DNA of 64,000 nucleotides from Octopus vulgaris (taxonomy: Eukaryota), in assembly GCA_951406725.2 (NCBI GenBank), contig OX597819.1:100192001-100256000 (forward strand). The letters are read 5' to 3'. Within the stretch, counting starts at the first letter, position 1; each line of letters opens with the position of its first letter. A program made the translations under genes and the position numbers. Of this stretch, positions 40,721 to 54,486 are shown one piece after another. The notes beneath the pieces are model-generated. The model saw only the letters and a list, made by a program, of their open reading frames with translations. It was not told the DNA's origin and ran no database searches.

Positions 40721-41532
40721 GATGCGTTTCTATTGCTGAGGCTTGCTAATGCAGTATACATGCATATCACTTTCTCAGAAGAAATTCTTGCTTTGATAAA
40801 TATACCGAAACATCAACACACTTCATATGGAGGCAAACGCAATTGTTGCTGCTGCGAAGTTGCTCGTCTCGCTCCGCTATATATTATTCTTAACGTAATG
40901 TCCGTAAAGAGATTTTCTCTCATGCTGTATATCTGATGCGCTGAAGCACACCAAATAAATTACGACTGGATTTATATTATGTGTACGTGGCTCTGTGTTT
41001 CTATATGTGCATATGTGTAAGTTTCATGAGTATTAGTTTATATGAATATGCACGTGCCCTCGCGAATGCAAAACTGGACGACAGAGAAATGAGATTAGGT
41101 CAACATAACGTAAACACACGAAACGGAGATCACAAAATAGAAATAGAAGCATCGTTAACATATCAATATAATCGGGGGTTGCATAGTAGTGTGTGTAAAT
41201 CATAGATCAACTGCTTCGTAGTATTTATGATTATCTGTCCGCCATTCATTCTCTTTTTAGTCGGCTTTGCTATGGGTTCCATTTTTACAGCGTTTACTTT
41301 TTTAACTGAACACCGCCGATGGTCAATGTGTTGATGTTTTCTTTCGCAATTATAATTATAATTATAATTTTTATTGATGCATCAGCGAGAGATCGAGAAG
41401 AAATAGTAATGTGCATATATACAGAGGTCTTGTATAATGATGGATGTATGTGTAATTAAGATGTAAAATTTAAAATTTTACTCACAAGTTTGCAGTTTTC
41501 GTATAGAAATGTGTTTGCGTTTTATGCACATA

Positions 41533-41917
41533 CTAGCAGTATCGCCCGGCGTTGCTCAGGTTTGTAAGGGAAATAACTATAAAGCATTTTTAGAGAGTGA
41601 TAGCCAAAAAATAGCAAAAAAATGGAAAAAAATGATGGTAAATTTTTTTTTTGAGATTTAAAAAAGGTGGAGTTGCGTCCCCTAGACAGTTTGTGGTTCG
41701 TGTTTCTGATTCCCGACCCCATGTCGAATTTATCGATTTTTTCAGAACTGGGGGAACTTTTCAAAATTTTCGCTGCGTTAGTTTTGAATTATGACATTGG
41801 GCTACGTGTGTGTCAAGTTTCATCAGAATCGGTTGAAAGCCGTGGTCAGGGTGAGGGTACAAGCAAACAGACACACAGAAACACGCACAGACAAACTGCC
41901 GTTTATATATAGAGAGA
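41533..41917 (-). mobile_element. Non-autonomous Helitron
   Basis: Minus strand starts A|TC (41917) and ends cctgagcaacgccggg hairpin + CTAG|T (41533); no TSD. Confidence 0.8.
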
Positions 41918-42114
41918 TTGCTGTAACGGTTCATCTGGGGGAAGCTATTTAAAAAATATATATATACTCCATTTAAGCAAAATCCTTCAGTTTGCTGAGA
42001 TGGCTTACATTTAGACGTAAATTTCATTTATTGTTTTTGCGAATTCTTAATTTCTGCTACGTGATGGTTTCAGATTTGATCTATCTTCCCGGTAGCTAGC
42101 TGTCACACGACCAT

Positions 42115-42125
42115 TGTTGTTGTTG

Positions 42126-42169
<44 letters not shown>

Positions 42170-42235
42170 GTTATTGTTGTTATTGTTATTATTATTATTA
42201 TTATTATTAGTGTTGTTGTTGTTGTTGTTGTTGTT
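42115..42235. repeat. (TTG/TTA)n microsatellite
   Basis: Directly visible. Confidence 0.95.
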
Positions 42236-42339
42236 TTACCTCTCAGAGCGCTCGGTCTTGTTTGTTCTGATAGATTCCGCGAAACGGAGAGCAACCTACA
42301 ATCAGAGGTATCACAGTGTCTCTTTCTGCACTTTATAAG

Positions 42340-43070
42340 CTTGATACTTGGTTGTTAATTATCGTGAGAGACATTCAACGCCCAATTATCAATCTCAAAA
42401 TCCTAGCTGTTCCCAGCAGAGCAGTGTTTTGGGGCTTGTCTTACATACTTCTCGAACTTGGTTGTTAGTGCTCCGAGTGCCTCTACAACTACTATTTTTC
42501 TGACATGTTTCTCGAAATCATCCTCCCGCTTCTCCTCCTCCTCCTCCTCCTCCTCCTCCTCATCATCATCATCATCATCATTGATGATTTGACTTCAGTT
42601 ACCACCTGTAACTTTAGGTAGCCATAATCTTTCAATAGTCTTTCCTGTGCTTAAAACAATTCTGATAATCCTTCCTGTTCCTAAGAGGCAAACTTTCTGC
42701 AGAAACTCTACAGAACATTCTATTACAGTCTCCTTAAACCATTTTTCTATATCTTTACGCTTAGTTCCCAATGCACCAATTATTACAGACGCAATCTTTA
42801 CAGTTTACATACTCTAAATTTTTGCAATTTCAAACTTTGAGGTGTTATATGGTTTTTAATTTTTCATACCCTTTCTTTAAAATCTTGTAATCAAACGCAC
42901 ATGTTGGTTCAATTAGTAAGCAACTTCACTTTTCTTTGACTGTTATTGTTATGTCTGGTTGTCTGGTTTATTACTTTCAAGCTTCTTATCCGTTTTAAAA
43001 GGTAAACCCTGAAAATTTTGCTTTTCTCCACGTTTTCGTTCCGGTTGTCTTCCAATGTACCTCCAACTTC
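42340..43070 (-). pseudogene. Two 3' relics of R4/Dong-like (restriction-like endonuclease) non-LTR retrotransposons
   Basis: Minus-strand PDITI..CLLIE..AFD, VIIGALGT, LQKVCLLGTGRIIR (42640-42970) and TALLGTARILR (42395-42430). Confidence 0.72.
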
Positions 43071-43189
43071 AAATTTTCATTTTTGAGAATAATTCCAGTG
43101 TAAAACTTTTATTATTTTTATCGACGTCGTCGTCGTCATCATCATCATCATCATTACCATCATCATTAATGCTATTATTATTAAACTTA

Positions 43190-43405
43190 GGCGGCAAGCT
43201 GGCAGAATCGTTAGCACACAGGGCGTAATGCCTGGCGGTATTTCGTTTGCCGCTACGTTCAGAGTTCAAATTCTGCTGAGGTTGACTTTGCTTTCATCCT
43301 TTCGGGGTCGATGAATTAAGTACCGTTTACGCACCGGGATCAATGTAATCAACTACACTCCTCCCACACAATTTCAGGTCTTGTGCCTATTGTAGAAAGA
43401 TTATT
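43190..43405 (+). mobile_element. tRNA-derived SINE (family B) followed by (ATT)n/(AAT)n
   Basis: ggcggcaagctggcagaatcgttagc...gagttcaaattc. Confidence 0.88.
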
Positions 43406-43428
43406 ATTATTATCATCATCATCATCAC

Positions 43429-43537
<109 letters not shown>

Positions 43538-43817
43538 GTTATGCGGCAGATTGCAAAAATCAGAAAGTCGTAACTAAATATCTCTGACAACGCCCACATT
43601 TTTCATAAGACGTTTCTTTCATTTATCTCAAAATAGAGAAAGAAAGAATAACACGAGGCGATAATGTGAAGAAAAAGGGCAAGAAGGAAGATAAATGGGG
43701 AAGTTTGATGAACAAGCGAAAAAAACAAAGATTAAGTGCAATAATATACCGCCATTTTATATATATATACATATACATATATAAATATACATATACATAT
43801 ATAAGTATGTCTATGTG

Positions 43818-44085
43818 TAGGCGCAAGCGTGGCTGTGTGGTAAGAAGCTTGCTCTCCAAACACGTGGTTTCAGGTTCTGTCCCACACTGTAGCACCCTGT
43901 GTAAATGTTTCCTACTATAGTCTCAGGCCTAGCAAAGCCTTGTGAGTGCATTTGGTACACGGAAACAAAGACGTTTGTACTAGGCTTTAACAAAAATGAG
44001 TCTTAGTGTCGACTGGTTCGACTAAAAATCTCAAGGCAGTACTCCAGCATGGCCGCAGCCAAATAACTGAAAGAATTAAAAGAAC
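43818..44085 (+). mobile_element. tRNA-derived SINE (family A), internally deleted
   Basis: ggctgtgtggtaagaagcttgct head and ctccagcatggccgcag tail. Confidence 0.85.
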
Positions 44086-44162
44086 AGATAAAATGAACAC
44101 ATACACATCTTATGTGTATGTGTGACTGTGAATGCTTGTGTATGTTTATATATACATGCATT

Positions 44163-44231
<69 letters not shown>

Positions 44232-44233
<2 letters not shown>

Positions 44234-45069
44234 GTTTCTTTATTGGCCACACAGGGCTGCACACAGATGGGACAAGTTACAAGGTAGAGCTTTTCTTTTG
44301 GGGGATGAAAAAAAGGGGGTGGCGTAGGTTTTCGATCAAGAGGGATCGTAAAAGGGAAGAAAAGAAAAAAAAAATAGAATAAAAAATAAAAAGAATAAAA
44401 GAAAAAAAAAGAAAGGGAAATGAACAAAAGAAAAGAGAATGAAAAAAGGAGAAAAAGGGGGGAAAAAGGGGAAGAGGAAAAAAAAGGAACGATCAATAGG
44501 GATCGTGTATCACAGTGTTATGATATATGGTGTAAAGGGGAAAGCAAGTATGGTTTATCCGTGGGAAGAAAAGCCTACGAAAAAGACCACGGTAACCTTG
44601 ATCACTATTGTTATATGTTACCACATTTGTTTGCAAGTGGGTAACCCTCTGTTTTCAATTTCTGGGTTCATAGGACTATGCTGAAGGTGGCTTCGTCATT
44701 CATACGTGCCATCCTTGCTACATTCACCCATCTTTTTTTAAAACATTCGCTAGACAAAACTTGCCTCTCTACTCTCACTTTCCTTTTCAAGTGGTACTTG
44801 AAGAAGTTGATGAGAGATTGACCAGAGAGGAAAGTGTTTGTCTCCAATCCTTTCAGACGCGTCCACCAGATACATTCTTTCGCCATAGCCACAAGGATAA
44901 TGAAAATAGCTCTTCCTTCCCGTTTGAAGGAAGGAGGCGTGACAATATTGACGATAGACTCAGCTGATAAACCGACCCGTCCCACACGTGACAGCAGTTG
45001 TTCGACACAAGCCCACAGGTCGGAAATTGTTGGACACAGAACGGTTTCGTCGCTCTGACCGCATCTCGA
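44232..45069 (-). mobile_element. L1/Tx1-like LINE 3' fragment inserted in (GATA)n
   Basis: ORF end [13 protein letters not shown] resembles the Tx1 AK.xIWxxR motif; long pyrimidine-rich 3' UTR with AATAAA; (GATA)n on both flanks. Confidence 0.78.
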
Positions 45070-45080
45070 GATAGATAGAC

Positions 45081-45164
<84 letters not shown>

Positions 45165-45174
45165 GGATAGATAT

Positions 45175-45238
<64 letters not shown>

Positions 45239-46579
45239 CAGAAGCTTGCAAAAGTGATTCAAGAGCTGAAAGTTAGCTATGAGATTGTTTATTATGTAAA
45301 TTGGATTACAATCTTTTCTGGATTATCCGAGTAAAATTTATTACTGAATCGGATGTGTCTACTCATGAAAATCAGTTCACACCACTTTAATTATATCTTT
45401 ACTTAAGATACTAAAGTATTAAAAGTTACTACACTATACGGATATTCTACACAACCAAACATTTATACGGAAGTTAATTGCTGAACATGAACTCAATGAG
45501 TTTCACGAAAAACTTTGCCTTTGAAGAAATCAACTTCATCGAACTAGTATTAACTGTGTTTTCTTCTTATCCACAAATTGCTCACCGAGGGTTGAAGAAA
45601 AATGCCTTCGTAAAACAAAAAGATTTCCTTGGCAAAAATAAAACAAATTTTGTGTAATCTGTGAAATGAAAGAAATATAAAAAAGATTTCTTCAAGAGCA
45701 TGTGAAGGCACAAGTCTCTCTGGAAAGAAACTGTAACGACACCAACAGTAAAACTAACCCCCAAATCTTTGGAATTGCCATCACAATTGTGAGAAAGCAC
45801 CAGGAAGAGAGCTAATGGTCGGATACGGGTTTATGACGTTGACGTTCTACAGAATGCTATTGGTATATATAAGTAAAATAACTATGGAATGTCAGATTGA
45901 CGAGTGAAATTTGCATGCGCAAATGTTGTAACCGCGAGTGAATACACTGATTTGCCTGAAAAAACTATCAAACGCCTGCTTACATAAACAGTATCTACAA
46001 ATTTGGCACAAACTGAATGAAGCAACTGTTTTAAATCCCTTGCAAGCCGAACAAAATAGTGACTGAGGAGCAAAGAATTAAGAAAAATGAGTGAATGTTG
46101 GGATGTACCGAGAAAGCTTTTGACATGTATACCAGAACTGCCTGGCATTAGAAAATACCGAAGAAACCTCATGTTCATTTTATCTATGATTTTTTTTTTT
46201 CATTTTTTTTTTTGTTGTGGGGCGACTCAGACTACAATTATACTTGTGTGCGTTGCATCTCAAACTAAATCACAAGTATTTCCTCTTTAATGTTTTCAAT
46301 CTTTATATTTCTTGCTGGGTGGGACTCAATATAAAATTTCGTTTATCTTTCAGTTGAATAGCTTTTTTTTCTAAATAAGTATCTTAAGGTTGTTTATTTA
46401 TCATTACAGTTTGAATATAGACATACGTACATCCAATGCATATACGCATACATACAAGCATACACACGCACATACACAAACATGCACACGCATACATATA
46501 TATATATATATACATTCATACACATACATACATATATACATACATACATGCATGCATACATATATATATATATATATAC

Positions 46580-46686
<107 letters not shown>

Positions 46687-46740
46687 ATACATATGAAACA
46701 CACACATACAATATATATATATATATATATACATATATAT

Positions 46741-46852
46741 ATAACTCTCAAAAAATTTACCATATATTTTTTTGCTATTTTTGGCTATAACTCTCAAAAA
46801 TGCTTTATAGTTATTTCCCTACAAACCTGAGCAACGCCGGGCGATATGCTAG
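46741..46852 (+). mobile_element. 3' end of the same Helitron family
   Basis: ttatttccctacaaacctgagcaacgccgggcgatatgCTAGt matches the reverse complement of 41533-41650. Confidence 0.8.
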
Positions 46853-47639
46853 TATATATATATATATACATACATACATACAAATATATATATATACAAA
46901 CTCGCATACATAGTTTTTATATATATAGACAGAAAAATATCTGAAGTATCTAAGAGAAAATATTGAGAAAACCATTTTTCTTCATAACGAACTATTACTA
47001 AGACTTAGAGATATTAAATTCACTTTCAGTGCGCATTAAGATACAACTCTTAACTAAGACACGAAACTAGTGGAAGTAGGTCGACGGTTTGTAAAGAAAG
47101 CAAAATTCCGAGAGTCTCGAAAATATTAAAATACAACACTTACTATATAAGTTAACCATGCTTTTCTGTAAGATACTGGCCATCTGATATTTTCATATTC
47201 ATCAGATTTTGATGAATATTAAACAAAGAAATGGAAGCATCAGATTAATTATCTGCTGTGTCCTTTCTGGCCTTTTGAAAACTGAGAGAAATAAGGCCAA
47301 GAATGACTTAATAAATAAATGCAAATGTCCAGTTGGTTCTTCGTAATTGCTAGAACATCGGAAGGGATGCCTTACCATATCTGTTTCACAACCTGGAAGG
47401 TTTTCAGACGGCAACTCCTGCGATAAGAATGATTCTAGGGTGCATCTATGTTTAGCTCCATTTGTACAACTCCTACAGCGTATAGCCACGACATTAACAT
47501 GTATGGAAAGCCATTAATCCACCATTAATAGTCTTGCCGGCATTTGCACCCTGGAAAGCCCATTCGAAATACATCACACACGCACGCACACACACACACA
47601 CATACACACACACACACACACATGCGCACACGCGTATTC

Positions 47640-47845
47640 TTTCGATCTTTTACTGGTTTCATTTATTTGACTGCGGTTATGCTAGAGCACCGGTTTAAAG
47701 GATCTTAGTGGAAGAAATCGACGCCAGGACTATTCTTTGTAAGTCTAGTACTTTTTGCACCGGTCACTGTACATAACCGCCATGCCTCGGGGACATAAAC
47801 ACACCAGCGTCGGTTGTCAAGTGATGGCATGGAGACAAAAACTCA
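47640..47845 (-). mobile_element. 3' half of a family A SINE
   Basis: tttgactgcggttatgctagagcacc...gacataaacacaccagcgtcggttgtcaag. Confidence 0.8.
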
Positions 47846-47911
47846 GACACTCATAAATATATACATCTCTCCATCTCTCTCTCTCTCTCTCTCTTTCTCT
47901 CTGAAATGAAT

Positions 47912-47997
<86 letters not shown>

Positions 47998-48000
<3 letters not shown>

Positions 48001-48192
48001 GGTCCCGGGTTGATTCGGGGTTAACCACAGTAAATAAGGTACTCAATACATAGCAGAGTAAAATTAATTTATTATATAGAAGGAGCTTCTACAGGACTAG
48101 AACTGTTTCATTCAAGAGAAATCATCAGGAAGCTTCCTGATGATTTCTCTTGAATGAAACAGTTCTAGTCCTGTAGAAGCTCCTTCTATATA

Positions 48193-48198
<6 letters not shown>
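47998..48198 (-). mobile_element. Palindromic HHR mini-element inserted in (TA)n; perfect 132-bp palindrome 48067-48198
   Basis: Centre ggaag|cttcc at 48132/48133; same family as 35302, opposite orientation. Confidence 0.93.
48131..48181 (+). ncRNA. Type I hammerhead (identical mirror copy on the minus strand 48084-48134)
   Basis: AGCTTC-CTGATGA-tTTC tctt GAAt-GAAA-CAG ttctagtc CTG-TA-GAAGCT. Confidence 0.87.
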
Positions 48199-48252
<54 letters not shown>

Positions 48253-48357
48253 ATTCATTTCATTTCATGAAATACATACTTTCATATTTCTTAAATATAA
48301 TTCGTTTATCATATATATACATCATTATATATCTCTTTCTATATATATGTATATACA

Positions 48358-48435
<78 letters not shown>

Positions 48436-49234
48436 CATACATGCAAACACACACACATATACATATATATTGGTTTTTCGGTATTTCGTCCATTTTGCAA
48501 CTGAACAGCTTAATCTAGGCCGTATTACTACTAATATTCCTTTTCTACTTTTGCATCTGCATATATATATATTCTTGCGTCTATGCTTATGCAGCTAGGT
48601 ATTATTTATCGCCATTCTAACTGTATAAAGCGTGAATCTGGAGAGAGTTACAAAAGTGGAATGATGAGAAGAAATATATATTACAGTAAAAAGTCACCGA
48701 TAACGAAAGATTAACAATGAAAATACAAATATATCACCACAAGAAACAAAATTCTAAAGGGGAAAGTCCGAAGTAATAGCTCGTTTGGTATAAAGCTAGA
48801 TAAGCATGAAGGAAATGGAGAAAAACTAACGGTGAGAGAGAAGGTAAGATAAAAGCCGAAATTTGAAAAGAAGAATGAAACCAATAACAAAAAGGAAAGT
48901 ATAATTCCATGTTGTCATCCTGGAAAAAAAAAACCCTGAAGAACTCTTGGAAGAAAAGGAAGACCAATAAAATTCTGATAGTAATACAACAGCAACAACA
49001 ATAACTTCAAACTGTTAGAGGATGAAAATTTAGTGGAGCAAAAATATCAAGCACACACATGTATACCTATATACATACATACAATCATACATATATATAT
49101 ATACATACATAGATACATACATATATATACATATATACATACATACATACATAATAGAAACATACATACATATGTTGCAGATACTGCGCAGAAAATAAAT
49201 TAAAAACGTTTCACTATGATTTATATATCCTTAG

Positions 49235-50150
49235 TAGGGACTCCATAGTTCTGCGTGTGCCCAAAATACACTTTGTATACACTTATTTTAGTTTTCAAAC
49301 TGATACAGTCTTCATTCCAAAAACGATCAGAAGATTTCCAACAAAACTTGTAGCCTTATATTTTCTAGCATCGATTCCGTCATCTAGAGTACTCTTAAAG
49401 TTTACTGTACTTCCAAGATATTCAAATGACTTGACCCATTTCAGCGGCTCATTGTCAATTATCACGTTAGAATCTTGAGTATGTTCCATCCTATTCTTTG
49501 GTAGGAATAAAACTTCAGTCTTCTAAATGCTGATAGTCATCCCAAATGCACGAGCAGCCGCAGTAAGCTTCTCAAATATTTCCTGAATTCCATCAAATGT
49601 ATAAGAAATCAAAGTGAAATCATCAGCCAAAAGAAAATCGCATAGAAAATCTTCCTTGGCCTTGTTCTTTGATCTGAAGCTTTGCCTATTTAGGTTTAGT
49701 AGACCTCCATCTGTGCAAAATGGAATTTTTATACCTTCATGGTAATTCTTAAAAGCATGTTGGAGCTGCAGCGAAAAGAATATGGCAAAATGTACAGAAG
49801 CTTAAACGCAGCCCTGTTTAGTTTCACTGGAAACAGAAAATACCACTGAACGTTGAACGATAGATATTACTGTGAAAAGATGATATTACACTAGTCATTT
49901 GGAAGGCCAACTTTTGACAAAATTTCCCAATTCAGTTTCTTGAAGGCTTTGGTCAAATTGAAAAGATCATGTACAGTCAGTATTTTGCGCATGTGCTTTT
50001 CCATGAATTTGCCTAAGGGCAAAAATCCTGTCAACTGAGCCTCTCTCAGCCTGAAATCTACATTGAGATTTAGGGTATACGCTGTTTACTACATACTTAT
50101 TGATATGGTTAAGAATTATCCTCGCAAAATTACTCCCCTGTGGTTATCAC
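49235..50150 (-). pseudogene. Degenerate RTE LINE RT fragment
   Basis: YPKSQCRF, KQGC, FLLADD, FGMTIS, FEYLGS on the minus strand. Confidence 0.85.
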
Positions 50151-51496
50151 ATACATTCTTCGTCCTTTGATTTTTGTACATGTGCGCTACAGATGCATCC
50201 TCGGACTGCTAGGGAGCAGATGCAGTTCTCCAGATCAAATAGATCAATTTGCGCCGCTTTCTTAGAAACTCTCTACATCCATGCTTGTACAGAGCTATGG
50301 AAATACCGTATTGCCCAGGAGATTTAGTAATGGAAAGATTTTTAAAAGATTCTAGTAGTGCTACAACTATAATTAACGGCAAAAATAATAAGAGCATGCG
50401 TGACTATTGTGTTGATCCATTTGTAAGAAATAGCTACCAACGCCGATATAAATTGCTTCGTACTGTTTCAGACAAAGCAAAGATACATGAGTTGTTGTAT
50501 GCCCAGAGAGTCTGAGTACAAGACGTTGGGCATGATTGGAATACCTTTAAAATGCGTGTTGATCTGCGAATAAAAATGTAAAAATCCAGTACGTGACAGT
50601 TCGATCTTCAAGAAAGACCAAATTCTCTTCATAAAACAAGAAAGACATGGTGATTAATGTGGTTGCTGCACACTGGGCCTGAATGAAGAGATAATTTAGT
50701 CATCACTGGAACACACTTGCTCAAAGATCTGCTCAATCAGAGGTGAACTGGAGCTAAACAACAAATATCATTATCTCTGCCACTCCAAACATTAGTCAAT
50801 TCTGTAACCACTACTACTGCCATGTGAAACAACCCTACCACAACCACAAGGCCTGCTACCACAGAACAAAGTGAAAAACAAAAGCAACGACAATTACGAC
50901 GAAGACTACTACTACTACTACCACCATCGACACAATAGACAACACCGTCATGATTACCATTGCTACTACCAATACTTCTGCTACCGCAACGTGTATTACA
51001 AGACGGCAATATTAAGATGGATCGAAGCGGGAAATCTGATAGATCAGTCATTGATGATATATGGCGGCTATGTCTTCAGCTGGAAAGTTATAGATGTGTT
51101 TTATTATACAGTATGGTGGGCTTGCTACAGACACTATAATCTCTCTGTCTGCATTGATGTGTGTGTGTTTGTATACATATATGTCTGTATATATACGTAC
51201 GCAAACATGCAAACACAGAATATTATACAAGCATATAGATATATAGACGTGTATTCATGTATGTTATGTTTCAGCAGTACTACATAAATCATAGAGGTAT
51301 ATATATATATATATACATTTATATATGTGAGTCCGTTTGCGTATCAATGTGTGCGTATGGAAGTATTTATCCTTCGGTATTTCTGTGTGTTTGTTAGTAT
51401 GCGTAATTATGTATACTCTATCATATATACGTGTGTTTTCCATATGCAAGAATCTACATGCACACACACACGCACACACACACACATACACACACG

Positions 51497-51537
<41 letters not shown>

Positions 51538-51760
51538 ATTTATAGAGATTTGTTGAAATATCTATGTATGCATATACATATCTTTGTGTTTATATATTCC
51601 TCCAGCAGTTCACAGTTCCTTTTTTTAAATACATATACATTTTTTCATATTCCTCTTTTTTTGACATATACATATACATATCTTTATATGTGCGTCCGGG
51701 CGTGTGCTCGTGTGTGTACATGTATGCAATACACACATTTGCATTAATATATGTATGTAC

Positions 51761-51798
<38 letters not shown>

Positions 51799-53769
51799 TG
51801 AAGAAGAAGAAGAATATACAAACATGTATATTTATTATAAAAATAGGAACTTGTGAACTGTTCGGGGGAAGGAGACGAATTTTTTTTCCCCGAAGGCATG
51901 TAAAAAGATTTATATATATAAATCTTATTTTTTCTTTAATTCTACCTGAGCAAGTTTTCTCGTGAGCAACAATCTCTGCCATAAACTACGTTTTATTCAC
52001 CCCCACCGCCCAAAAGAAGTATAAAAAAATAACAGGCAGACGAACGATAAATATAGTGATACTCATATATATATATAAGCAACGCTAAATAAAGCTAGAC
52101 AACGTCAGAGACCAAGTGAAGGGGAATACGTAATCAATCATAATATAATGGAAACGATATGATATCAATCGTATGGCAGAGATTTAGCTGAGTTGGAATA
52201 AACTTTGGAACATTCTAAATTTTCTAACGATGTCTCTTGTCATTTTGTTGGACTTTAAACATTCCGAATTTCTGATGCTGATACTGTGCATTTTTTTGTG
52301 TTTTCTGTCGTTCTTTTTTATAGTTAGTTTGATTCAAGTTATTTTGTTTTTTCTTTTTCATTTCACGCTATAGTTTTAGGCTTGTGGAAATAGAACGGAA
52401 TGAATGTGTAGTCGCTTCTTTGGCAATTTCTCGTGACCTAAGTGTACAAGAATTATTCGAACGCAGTACTTTGAAGGCATATGCTACCTTGTCAATTCTA
52501 AGGTGTCCCAATATCTTACAATTGTAAACTATTCGACCTATCATACCTATTTACAGTCATATATAATGAGCTATCGATAATTAAATGACTTTGTCAGGGA
52601 AACAGTTCAATAAAAGTGAGAATATACTAGCCATTTCTGTTTCGTTGCTATGGGAAACTAGTTGCCATGCGAAAATAGATGGGGTTTGATTTCTTTCCTA
52701 ACGTTACTGTTATTACATTCTACAGAGTGTGACGGAAGAAAATTGTCCAACTCACGACCAAAATTTATGAAAAAAATAAACGCATAAAAATTTTACCTTC
52801 GTGAAATCTTTATGGTAGCGTTTTTGCCTGGAAACTGGATTATAGAATAGATAATCAAAGGAATTGGTGAAAATCTGTGTTAAGAAAAGGCTATTTTGTA
52901 GGAAAGGGTCACGAAACGGACACTGAGTAGGAAAATTGGAAAACTGGGTTATGGGAAGGACAGTTAGCAGAAGAGGAGCAAAGGTGAGTTATGGAAAGTG
53001 GAGCGGAAGTAGTAAAAAACTAAGCTATGAATTGGAGAATTACAGAACTGTGTTATGAAAAAGATAGTTATGATGAAAGAAAACTGGAGTTCGAAGTTGT
53101 TTTAGAACACCATGGATGACTATCATCATTACAACTATCATATTCAACATTATCATCAATTATTATTAAAGAAATTGCTATTCCTTTCTTCTTTTTACAA
53201 AAAAGAGATCGGATACTGTGTTTGTAGTTTGAAGCAGTTGATTCTGAGCTAAATTATACAATTGATTTCGCTTTATTGCATAATCACGGGATTGGTTATC
53301 TTATGCAATAAACCGTTGCGTGTTCAATTAATCGAATTCGTACATTAAGCAATAAATTTGGAAATTTCATTATAATGTAGGAAGTACAGATTTGGAGATA
53401 TTTAGCACATGTATCTGTTATATAATTAAACCAGAACAAAGTTTTATACGTAGAGCAGATTTTGTCATTTGTTATAGAGCATCGATCCATAGGTTATAAA
53501 AAGAACAAAGCTTTCCAGTTAAAGTTACTCCGAGTTCGTTACTCCGTCAAGCAACATCTGTTTATAAGTAATTTACTTATGTTCCGGTTAGTGTAGGTAG
53601 TACCTTTTATTGATATCGATCGACATGACAACTGGTTTAATTATTACGCTCTTTGACGTTTTTTCAATTATATTAGATATTTTCAATGACCAAATATTAG
53701 CCAAATATTTTATTCCGATAACGTCTTTCACACCCTGTGATTCAAACAATGAAATTAAGTAATCCTTTC

Positions 53770-53975
53770 TACTATAGGTTCTTGGCCTGAAAGTTAGAGG
53801 AGGAGGGGTAATCGATTACAACCCCAGTGTGTAACTAGTACTTAATTTATCGAACCCCGAAAGGATGAAAGGCAAAGTCGACCTCTGCGGATTTTGAACT
53901 CAGAAATTAGCGACGGGCGAAATACCGCCGAGCATTTCGCCCAGCGTGCTAATGATTCTACCGGCTCGCCGCCCT
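53770..53975 (-). mobile_element. tRNA-derived SINE (family B)
   Basis: Reverse complement of ggcggcgagccggtagaatcattagcacgctgggcgaaatgc... Confidence 0.88.
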
Positions 53976-54124
53976 AATGAAATTAAGTAATAGAACGGGA
54001 ACAATGTGAATCATAACCCATGATAGTATCATAGGAACAACATCATGACATACGGCTTGTCTTGGCCATTCCTCGCCAGTTCTGAACACTGTCAATCACT
54101 ACTAAAGAGAAAAAGAGTATAGTT

Positions 54125-54424
54125 CTACATTTAATAGAAGAGGAATTATGTACATTAATTACAATTGACTGATACTTGTCCTCATCTTGTTTGTTGTTAA
54201 CACAACGTTTCGGCTGATACACCCTCCAGCTTTCATCAGGTGTCTTAGGGAAACTTCGAACCTGGGTTCTCATTCCTAACGTATTTTTTGATGTTGTTAT
54301 TATTCAGGTCACTGCCTGGAATCGAACTCGGAATCACTATGCCATATGCCCACGGGTGTAGTGGTTAAGAGCGCGGGCTACTAAACCCAAGATTCCGAGT
54401 TTGATTCTGGGCAGTAACCTGAAT

Positions 54425-54486
<62 letters not shown>

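Noticed and set aside
45476-45520. gCTGAACAtgaactcaatgagtttcacGAAA hairpin
   Set aside because: G8 is missing and stems I and III are unconvincing.
47200-47560. Possible Tc1 transposase C-terminal relic on the minus strand
   Set aside because: Only loose similarity; catalytic motifs are not recognisable.
54353-54425. tRNA gene
   Set aside because: No acceptor stem, altered B-box in this arm, and embedded in a repeat; treated as a SINE head.
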